DNA of 63,977 bases, filler included, from Basidiobolus ranarum (lineage: Eukaryota): NCBI GenBank assembly GCA_040143965.1. It is 3 parts of 3 records of this genome, joined end to end, with 100 filler letters (N's around TTAATTAATTAA, not from the genome) between each part and the next. Parts side by side here need not be neighbours in the genome. Positions count along the whole stretch, not along the records: positions 44,051 to 63,977 come from JASJQH010000237.1; 2 more parts are not named here. One strand, 5' to 3'. The position numbers were made by a program, and so were the translations under genes. Below the pieces are notes generated by a model. The model had not been told where the DNA came from. It made no database searches and saw only the letters and a program-made list of their open reading frames with translations. This document shows positions 53,882 through 63,977 of the stretch, piece by piece. Position 1 is the stretch's first letter. Every line of letters begins with the position of its first letter.

Positions 53882-54918
53882 TCAAACGCTAGCAGTACGA
53901 GCTTCTTCCCATAGGGTCTTTCCGGAACATGCACATACCTTCTTGTCGTTCTCGAACAATCCAGCCGAACGTGCAATGATTCCACAGATCAATCCTAAGC
54001 CCGAGTTACCATCTATAGCACTCTGTTGGTTCGTACCTTTGCCAAAGTCATCCTTTCCGTTGCTAATGACCACAGATCTCCCGATGATATCCCAGACTTT
54101 CACACGAGTACTTTCAATGATCATATCACCCCAACCATTCTCATCAACAGTGATATTTCCTAAATCACCAACGTGTCCTTTTTCGTGATCACCATGTGTT
54201 TCATTTGTGGGATTGAAGTGATCGCCTGTACTTTTAGGGCCTTCAGACACATCGCCATATTCATGGATATGAACCCCATGCTCACCAGGTGGAAGGTTGT
54301 TGACGGTGATATCGATCAAGCAATGCTCTTCACTCACTTGAACAAATCGAGCCAACCCTTTTGGATGATAGTCTTGGTTTTTAGAGTTCATATTATGCTC
54401 TTCAAATATGCATACGGCTGCACCTAAATGGCTCCCTGTTTGAAGATAGACATATGATAAGAGCGAAGCGTAGACTGTAGTGAGTGGTTGAAAGCTTACC
54501 ATCACTAGCGCCAGAACCACGAACAATCACGGTGCGACCAGTTTCTCTGAGGAGTTTTACGATTTTTGAAGGAGGAACTAATCAAGATTTGTCATATTAA
54601 GGTGTTAGTTCACTCAATATGAATCCAACTCATAAAAATTGCCAACTAACCGGTTCCTTCAACGACGACGCGCTTTTTTTCCAAGTCTATTTCGGATTTT
54701 TGGATTCCTATTGAATAATATAGGATTGGTTGTTTGCTTATTGACGTTTAAACGTTTTTCGTACCTTCAACTTGGCTCAAGGTGCTTTTCACGTCGTTGA
54801 CACAGCTATCGCAAGTCATGTCAACCGCATATTCAGTCTGATTTAAACAAAGTGGTTATGATCCGATTGTCGTCATAGTTATTGGTATACAGTATGAAGT
54901 ACTTACTTTGAAAGTCAT
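53882..54918 (-). CDS. CCS1: Copper chaperone for Cu/Zn superoxide dismutase
   Basis: Domain I TEYAVDMTCDSCV (MxCxxC), SOD-like domain II, domain III IARSAGLFENDKKVCACSGKTLWEE (CxC). Confidence 0.95.
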
Positions 54919-56340
54919 TTTAAGATCAGAGCTTCGAGCAATAAGCTTGAAAATTAGTTGGATAGAGAGCTTGCTTTAAAGCAGACGAAACACTTGTTAC
55001 CCATGTCGTAATCAAATTCTGACTAATTATCAAGGTCGAGAATCTAGCTTCAGCATACTAACGCTTCCTAATATGGCTTACCTGCTTGTATTAGTAATAG
55101 TGAATAAATTAATCAATTTCTAATTCTCAGTTAGCCTGAAGTGATTAGCATACATTGTTAATATTCAAGAAGCATACATTGTTTATGTGACTGACTCTTA
55201 AAGGTGGCACACCTATTAGGCATCTCTACTGATATCTTGACCGCAACTCCAAGAACCAAGGTGCCATACTGCATTAGGTGAGCAAAGTATATGTTCGGTA
55301 TATGGCTAAATTATCCATAGACTAGGCTGAGAATACTTGGAAAACTGCAATTGACGATAGGAATGTTCGTCACAAATGGTAATGTTGTGGATGACCACGT
55401 TGCATCGAATAAACTAACTATACCTGTTCTTAAAACAAGTAGCTGTACAACTAACTGCGGCGACTCCTATAGAAGATCGATGCTATACGATTTGTGCGCA
55501 TCCAGACAAAAAATCCATATTTGGTAGAATACACTACATCTCACCTACGGCATATTGAAACAGAATGCAGTTATTTCATCAATATTATTTGTATACATTC
55601 GACTACACATTTTAATTGGCCAAACACGCTAACATCCACAACTGGAAACCAGTCCTGTTATCATTATTTTGACACGTAAAGAATTACCCTAAAACAGTGC
55701 ATCTAGCATGTCTAGTTCTTTGGAAACGCAACATTAACTTGGAATTCAGTTTGTTGTGTGTAAAACAACCAAGACTTTCTGCGGAGCTGAGGCGGTTTTT
55801 ATACCTAAAATCAAATGATATCATGATGGCGATTCAATTGTACTCAAGGAACGTATCTTGGTCACCGGAAGAGGTGACGTTTCATTGATAGGTGGGCATC
55901 GCTCTGGTCGAGGAAGTGCTCTTTATAGGTAAATAAATGAATCTATGTAGTTATCACTAAAACCTATTCTGTATACTTCCGGTTTGTTTACGTTTGATTT
56001 CTCCCTAGGGTATTGGTTATCTTTCTTTTCCAAGTTTGGTGATTTCTTCTTTCTCCCAATTTGAATACCTTGATCCTTCCTTGCTCTCCTTACCTTTTCG
56101 ACTTTTTTTCTTTGATCGTCATTTTTTATTATCTCTTTAATTCGTAGAGCCACCTTTTGCTTATATATCTGCTAATTTCTCGTGCTGGAGTTTGGCTGTT
56201 GTATCTCACCTCAATTCAAGCTACCAATTACTCTCAAGCACTTACTGTTTGACCACACGCTTGCGTGCTTGTTCCCATCCCTATTGACAGTCGTTATTAA
56301 AAACTTACGCCTTCACCTTCCAATAATACTACAACAAAGC

Positions 56341-57811
56341 ATGAGTGCCATCGCTTCTACACCAAATAGGAAGCGTACGGTTGATGCTTTGAATTCCCCT
56401 TCTTCTCCGCTTGAGAAGCCTAGTTTCTTCAGCTCTCTATTTGGAAGAGCCTCGAAAGAGTTCACAGAATTATGCTCTTCCATTTCTAATATTCTCTATG
56501 TTCCTACGGTATTTTTTCTGCGCGTTTATGGACAAACAATCAGTGTACTGATATCTTTATTTTAGACTCTAAATTCTACGGCCACTCCTAAGCTCGTTGA
56601 AAACTCTCAAGCTTGCGGGAAACAACGTAAATCCCGTTCTTCTAGGCCTTCCAGGAAGTTTGCTACTCCAGTTACCAAAGATCGCCGTCTACCATCACGC
56701 TCGCGCCACTCTCCTCGGCAGAAGAGTCCCAAACACTCACCCTCTGTGATCGATATTCCAGCAAGTAAATCAAGTCTATTACATTTAATTGTTGATACAT
56801 AGTATTTAATTCTTCTATTGTAGAAATTTCGGAAGATAAGTATTTGAATGAGTTGCTCTCAATGGAGGGTACTAGTTCCCCCGGTGATTCTCCTACATAT
56901 AGCTCTACACCACAATATTCACCGAAATACACTACTGAGCCAGAAGTAATTATCCCTGTTAGATCCGATCGTAGTCGCCTCAATACTCGTAAAAGGAGAA
57001 GAATCTGCGAGCATTCTCCAATTTGTGATTTAGATGGTGTCTCCAAATCGGTTGATAATGATACTGCATCTAATACCACAGATGATGTTCATATATACTC
57101 AAGTCCCCTTACCTTAAAGAGTCAATTAAATGAGTCTATTAGTCCCTCATTTGGTTCGGATTTATCATTTAATTCACCTACATCCAAAGATGTATCACCC
57201 AACACACCTGATTGGGTTAAGCGAAGAGAATCAAGCCAACTTCATAGTAATGGAATATTGTATAGTCCAAGTAAAGGTGGAAAGATAGCGAAACTTGAAG
57301 AAGAATTGCAATCGCTAAAAGAGCAGGTAATGTCCATATTAATATAATCTAACGCTCTACTTGTGATTAAATATTTCCATTATTTAGGTTGCTTCGTTGC
57401 GACAAGTAATGGATGAGAAGGAACAAGATTCATCTAGTGCTTCATCATCTCCGGCCTCTAAACCTATAAGTAGCCTTTTACCTATGCCACCACCGCCACC
57501 CCCCCCGCCCCCACCTACTATGGTGCAACTTGGTCCGGAGTATTTTAACATAAAACTCAAGACATCCGATGGAATATTAAAACAGGTACACTTCGCTACT
57601 TCTTTATTGGCATTGACTATTACTAAATTTCTGACCTAGTCCACAACCGAAACTAAAAAAGAAAAGAATGATCGAATGATGATGATGTTGGAGGAGATGC
57701 GTACTGTAAAATTACGCAGAACTGGCCGGTTGTAAGAACTATCGAAGATTGTATAGCTCCAGGTTAATTTCTCATCGCAGATCAATTCGATACGTAATTT
57801 CTCAAATTTAA
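56341..57811 (+). CDS. Ser/Pro-rich protein with coiled coil, polyproline and WH2-like end (MTFR1-like module)
   Basis: Five exons traced by GT-AG; KIAKLEEELQSLKEQVASL, P10 tract, MMMMLEEMRTVKLRRTG. The last exon and stop are uncertain (stop at ~57735 if unspliced). Confidence 0.75.
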
Positions 57812-58366
57812 GGAGAAGCTATCAAGTAATTTTTTAGTAATTGTAATCGTGATGTATTGTGCTGGTTGTAACAATAGTACTCTAACTCTTTCATTGAATT
57901 CTGGAGGTAAGGGTATATAACCCGATTCGTAACTCATCAAGTAGTCGACATTTCCTCTCTCGCTTCTTTGTATTATCCATTTCATTTTCTTTATATTTAT
58001 TTATATTTATATCTCCTTTTTTTGTATGTCATATAGCGATCATTTAGAATTAACAGATAAAATACTCGATTTTTTTCATTTATTTGTGGCTAATTTTCGC
58101 TAATACTTCACCTCTCTATTACAGCATGCAATTATTTAAGTGTTCAAGATCCCTTACTCTACCTACAGCCTATATATAGGTTTATTAACCTTTCGACATT
58201 AATGAGTTGAATTTCAATTGTTTATCATATAGAAAAATGATAGACAAGAATAGGGACTTTATGCAAAGCCAAAGTAATGAAGATGTAAATATGGATACAT
58301 GAGTTACCAAACATATAATATAGTTTTTGATAAACTTGCAAAGTAACCTGAATGACTTTTTGGTTA

Positions 58367-60152
58367 TTAACCAAGTTGTAATCGATTCAACCTTTCATTC
58401 AATTGCCATTGATAGAGACTGTTTGGTTCTACTTTAGTTCCATGACTTTCCCAATAACCGGGGCCGGCTTGCTTCGGGAACGCTCCGCGTTCTTGGGTAC
58501 CTTGCACACCGATGGCAAAGTTCATGGCAGTTGGGGGTTTTTGAACCACTGCAGTACCATTTGTATTCCATAAAACGTAATTCGCCCCCGCCCATCCATG
58601 ACCAGTGCCGTAATATTCACGGTCCTGAACGGCAATATCTGCGGATACGTTATCAAATAAACCTCCAACAGACCATCTGTGATGTGGTTCTACTTGAAGT
58701 TAGACACAAAGATAAATAAAGAGTGGAGAAAAATGATGTCTATTTACCACTGGTATCGTAGTCATCAATAGAGGTGCAATTATAAAATACATTTGGACCG
58801 GTAACTTTAGCACCCACGATGAAGGCATGTCTTGCCTGGGAAGCATAGTTTCTTTGATGTAAAATCATTTCGCTACCATCTTCTATGAAATACGCATATC
58901 TTTTAGTACCTTCTATTATGGATACAGGTTCGGAGTATGCACAGTCTTGGACTGTAACCCATCGAGTGTTGTTCACCGTGATGACGAAATTGTTGAAATG
59001 TTTTCCTGTTACTTTTCTTACATAGCCATGTTGAAGCCTCTCAAAAGTAACAAAACTATCTGCGTGTAGCTCATCCGAATAGTAATCCTTTCCATCGTCT
59101 GTACGGCTCACTATAGCGGGATTAAATATGGATACACCATTTATATATTCTATACCTACATGTGATATCCTTCCCGGGTAATTATATTTGTATACATACC
59201 CACCACCCCATTTATCCTCAAAGCTACTTGTTAATGGACTATCTAATACAATCGTACCTGTTTCCGAATTGATATACGAAATGCTACGTGTGAATAGTAA
59301 ATCGAAAGGGGTCCAGTTTTTAGATTGACGATTTTCCGGATCACGTGAAGATAGGTCATCCATCCTTAACTCGCGGATCCAAGGATCATTGCCTACTCTG
59401 CCAACTATCACATCATCTCCAACGTTCAAATTTTGGATATCTGAAGTAGCCACTTGGATTTGAAAAGAACCAACTGGGATGTACGAATTTACCAAAGAGA
59501 TTTTTTTAGATGATCGATCCGGTTCACCAGATCCAGAGAAATGAAATACGGTATATTGCGACGTACCAGTTGCTATGATGGTAGTGTTTCCGTTAAGGTC
59601 CCCACGAATAATCACTCCAGTATAGCCAATCTGGATGGACTGAGCTATTCTATATACTCCTGATTGAAGTAATAAAGCACCTCTATAGCCAGTCCCAGAG
59701 TCGATCGGTTTAGAGCCCAGGGTATTAACTGCCTGCTGGATTCTTGCTGTGTCATCCGTATTGCCAGACGATGGAGTTAACGTTACTAAGCTGGGGATAT
59801 TTTCAGGTATCGGTTTGGCCCCTGCCTCATATCCAGCATAAGAGAAATCCGGCACGATGTCGTAGAGGTCGGTGTAGGTGTTGTAACAGACGTGATCAGA
59901 GTTCTGTTGAAGAAGGTTGGTCTTCCCAGGTGTTACGGAAGGTTGAATTATTTGAAAAGCAGGCGGTGAATGTGGGTCAGGTGGAGTTGGATATTGGCTT
60001 TGCTTTGGTAAATACCTTAAGCACGCACGTCGGCTGTATCCATACTGACGCGAAAGAAGAATCCCGGTGAGTAAGCTGACTAGCAGGAACGTGACCAATG
60101 TTAGTAATAGTGGCCATTTGTAAAAACAACACAATCGTCGAAATTTAGCCAT
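58367..60152 (-). CDS. Membrane-anchored pectin-lyase-fold (beta-helix) protein, bacterial-type (575 aa)
   Basis: N-terminal TM helix; VPDFSYAGY, DDTARIQQAVN, ALLLQSGVY..GVIIRG (Pectate_lyase_3-like start); intron 58690-58747; EPHHRWSVGGLFDN, GTGHGWAGANYVLWN, PNSLYQWQL. Confidence 0.85.
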
Positions 60153-61671
60153 GTATGAGGTTAAAGTCTAACAATGTATCTCTAATGAGACATGAGCAGG
60201 TTCTCTGAAATGGTGAGGGTCTCTAATAAGAATATGGAATCGTATTTGAAGCGATGCTAATCGTTCATTTCCTTATCCACATGTTGTAGCATGCATAGCA
60301 AGAAGGTGATCAGTAGAGTTTGTGCACACCACTGTGCATATATCATGCTACTCTAAGGTGAGTCACCATGGTGCATATATGCTAAAGTTCCGTGCTTATA
60401 TACATGAACAAGGTGAATTCTAATACTCGGGAACTTGAATGGTTTTGTGCAATAAGGCTTAGATGTAGCGAGGGATCAACGACATCGTCGAGACTCCTGA
60501 AGGTGCCTCCCTGAGAAGCAAACCGGAATCGAGTTCCACTAAATAGAGTTCGCTTGTAGACTTTGTCATCTAAGACAACCAAGTTAATGCATCCAGTCTA
60601 ACTCCTCCCCCTAACATTTGGCTTGTTTTGGTAATATGTCTTGTTACATCCCCTTGAGTTCGAGCAGGATCCTTTAGGGCCAACCCCGCACATCGTTGAC
60701 TCCGTGACAATAAGTTAACGATCTATTGAAGTCCACCACCCGTTATGGGGAAAGGACGTCACCTCATTAGTTGCATAAATGAAATTCCTGAATATGAATC
60801 CTGTTCCTTAGCAATAAGATGGGAAAATCATGACCGAATAGATGCTGAGAGTGAAATGAGAACAAACGTAAGGTTTATCGTACAATCAACTAGATTCGTG
60901 CTATTCGTCAGCTGGTTTGGATTGTGTGTGGCATTTTCTTATCTTGAGTTCCCTTTCGCTCACAGATGTTGGCTGATAGCTCAGATACTACTGATCTTTG
61001 CCGATCAAATCGATGTCACACTTGGAGATCCGTGGTAATATAGAATAGTATACAGAGTGTTGTCGTCATTGCTTTCCCTCCTCTTGGGGACAGCCGAACT
61101 CGATAATTCACGAATTGTCACTCGGGACTTGGGATTCTTGGACCCTCTGGCATTACCACTTTGCCAGCCCGCTGGAGTTCAAGCCAATCTAGAATGCTGG
61201 AGATAAACAACCGCTCAGTCTCAAGGGACTAAACGAATCCATCATTTTGTGGCGTTTGGAATACATCAAGAATCACAAAATAACTGGTGCACTGAATACG
61301 TAAGCCAATTCTCAATCAAGCCCATCTATTGACACTTGACATATATGGTGTACTTGTACTTTGTTGGCTTAAAATTTGACTAAAGAAATATAGTATCTGA
61401 TCAATTCAGTTATATTAATTATTTTGGATTAGATTTGTACTAACAACTCTCCAAATCCAGAATTATTCTAGAGACTATATATGGAAGAATTTCGGTCAGA
61501 GTTGTTAGGACGTCATGCAGATTCATACTTTATAAAAGGGTTTCGCAAATGGATTAATCCACATCACATTCTACGCAACCTCGTTTCCTAGTTATTTTTT
61601 TTTGTTTAATTCTTTGCTACTTCACATCCCTCACCTTACATACTGTTGCCTTGTGAACTTGTAAATTACCA

Positions 61672-63875
61672 ATGTCCAAAGTCTCTGAAAAATTGGTTGT
61701 TTATCAACTCGACCTCGAGGACGATGGTTCTCCAAACTCAAAGAAACAGGTATAGCTCAATTATTTATCAAGTTCCTTCTTGACACTCTCCACTGACAAA
61801 GCTCTTATTCATCAGCTTATAAGACTTCCGTCACCTAACCAACCTTATGGATTACGTATCCGCTTGGTTGCCGGTTCTCTGGCTGCCAAGGGAGGAGTAT
61901 TCTACACCAATTATCCCGTGAACAAGTAAGCTTATCGTTGTAGCCGACTCAAACGTAGTATCTCTTATTTACTTATACTATTAAACTCAGCGGGAAATAC
62001 GAACGTACACAGTTCAACAAAGTCAAGTAAGTCTAATCCTTCTAATGCTGGTTTGAATAGAATTTTGGAACTGACCGGTTGAACTTTTACTTTTAAAGCT
62101 TCGTTGATGACCATATCACCGATTGTTACTGCGATATTATGATTAACCAAGCTGGTACTTTCGAATACTACGTCGAGTATGACTCCCCTAAGGCCAAGAA
62201 TGAAAAATCCACTCAGAAAGTCTCCCGTACAAAATCCAAATCTGGGCATTTCTTGGTTGCTCCCAACTTAAAGATTAAATCGGGTAAAGGAAAGAAGCAT
62301 TTACCATTAGATGGAATTGTACTACAAAGTATCGTTCCCAAGTGGCTTGGTCCTATCTCTCAATGGGCTGATCAGATAAAGGGTATATCTCAGTTGGGAT
62401 ACAATATGCTACACTTCGTTCCCTTGCAACAAAGAGGAATGTCGAACTCGCCATACTCTATCTTTGATCAGTTGGCTTTATCGGATGATCTTTTCGAGGA
62501 GAAATTGGATGAGAAAACCAAATTCGATCAATTAAAGAAGGTTTTGAATAATATCGAGGAAAACTACGGAGTTTTGGGTTTGACTGACGTTGTATATAAT
62601 CATACTGCTAACAATAGCGAGTGGCTTCAACATCATCCCGAAGCTGGATATAATCTTGTTAATTCCCCTCATCTTATTCCCGCTTTTGAATTCGATACCG
62701 CTTTGTTAGATTACTCCGCTAAATTGAGCGAATATGGAATTCCTACCAAAATTGAGAGCGATAATGATCTCTGTCAAATTGTTGACGGTGTCAGACCTAA
62801 TGCCATTAATAAGATCAAACTTTGGGAATTCTACATCGTGGATACTAAGAAAGCATCCGAAGAATTACGTCAGGCCATTGAGAAGGGCACTAAGCCTGAT
62901 AGCATCTATGATGGAAAGAATTTATCTCATACTTCAGCAAAGGAAAGGGCCCAGTTGTTGGTAAAAGATGCATTATTCGTTGAGAATGTCGGAGCCAGAT
63001 TTGGAAAGAGAATCAATACATCAGTGGCTTTAGCATTGCTTTCCGCTGTTTTTGGAAAGCCAGTTGAGCCTGGGGTTACCGAAGACTTCATTCGTCATTA
63101 TGAGGAACTCCTCAGCGAAGTTAATTTTATCTTCTACAAGAAATACGATGATGATGTCACAGCAATCATCAACAACATCCGTAACCAAACCATATATCAA
63201 CGTCTTGATAAAAATGGACCTAGAATGGGCGAAATCAATAATGAGAACCCATTGATTCAAACTTACTTTACCCGTCTTCCTGATAATGAGATTACCCGCA
63301 AGCACCCTAAAGAGGCTCTCGCCCTAGCTAACAACGGTTGGATTTGGAGTGCTGATCCATTGGTCGATTTTGCTAGTACCGGTGACAACTATTTGCGTAG
63401 AGAAGTTATTGTTTGGGCTGATTGTGTTAAGCTTAGATATGGAAAAAGTAAAGAGGACAATCCTTGGTTATGGGATCATATGGCTAAATACACTGAATCC
63501 ATGGCCACCCTTTTCCAAGGTTTTAGAATTGATAACTGCCATTCTACTCCCATTCATGTAGCAGAATATTTGTTGGACACTGCTCGTCGTATCCGCCCGG
63601 ATCTTTATGTCCTAGCTGAACTCTTTACTGGTTCGGAGGATAAGGATCGTATCTTCGTTAATAGACTTGGTATCAACTCCTTAATTAGAGAAGCGATGCA
63701 AGCTTGGGATGCTCATGAGTTAAGTCGATTAGTCCATCGTCATGGCGGTCTTCCAGTTGGGTCTATGTACTTTGATTGTTTACCCCAAGAATCAGTTGCT
63801 ACTGTTGGTAAAAAACAGGTTCCTTGCACTATTGTTCCTTTAGTTGGAGCTCTGCCTCATGCATTGTCTTCATAG
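61672..63875 (+). CDS. GDB1: Glycogen debranching enzyme, N-terminal (glucanotransferase) part; reading frame ends prematurely
   Basis: GYNMLHFVPLQQRGMSNSPYSIFDQL, DVVYNHTAN, ALANNGW, YLRREVIVWADCVKLRYG, GFRIDNCHSTP, AELFTGSE, GINSLIREAMQ; homology stops at PHAL. Confidence 0.93.
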
Positions 63876-63977
63876 CGGGGCTTAAGGTGAGAACTTTTAA
63901 TACCTCTGATTCTATACCCCGAATACTCGAAAGGCTACCAACACAAAATATATATAGTAAGCCATGGTAAAGCGCCA

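Noticed and set aside
53882-54526. Cu/Zn superoxide dismutase call for the 214-aa ORF
   Set aside because: Upstream MxCxxC exons, C-terminal CxC and loss of the H120-equivalent identify it as CCS; the ORF's hydrophobic start is intron/alternate-frame sequence.
58367-60152. Bacterial contamination as the source of the beta-helix gene
   Set aside because: It has a canonical spliceosomal intron, host-like composition and is contiguous with fungal genes.

Overview
Eukaryotic, intron-rich, AT-rich genomic DNA with short GT-AG introns and fungal-type housekeeping genes. It is most likely from an early-diverging fungus (Zoopagomycota/Mucoromycota-like); the taxon is my inference. About 20 spliced or single-exon protein genes can be reconstructed: PFK-2/FBPase-2, a small GPI protein, F-box/LRR, a BTB-like protein, a rhodanese-PTP, a POT peptide transporter (5' end lost in a gap), a Vnx1-type CAX exchanger, casein kinase I, a Yap-like bZIP, ORC1, a GPI-anchored LRR protein, sphingoid base kinase, TOP2, eIF2B-delta, CCS, an MTFR1-like protein, a bacterial-type beta-helix protein and glycogen debranching enzyme. 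There are two 100-nt scaffold gaps with a TTAATTAATTAA linker. Intergenic DNA holds a decayed Ty1/copia-like LTR family (five pieces) in CpG-free islands. Most notable: (i) a secreted, GPI-type plant-like LRR protein built almost entirely of one-repeat exons with phase-2 introns; (ii) a membrane-anchored beta-helix carbohydrate-enzyme-like gene that looks bacterial (HGT candidate); (iii) a fungal protein with the coiled-coil/polyPro/WH2-like module of animal MTFR1; (iv) an ORC1 with no room for a BAH domain; (v) a debranching enzyme gene broken just before a catalytic motif. No tRNA, rRNA or CRISPR array was found. Gene models were spliced by eye and family calls rest on remembered motifs, not database searches.
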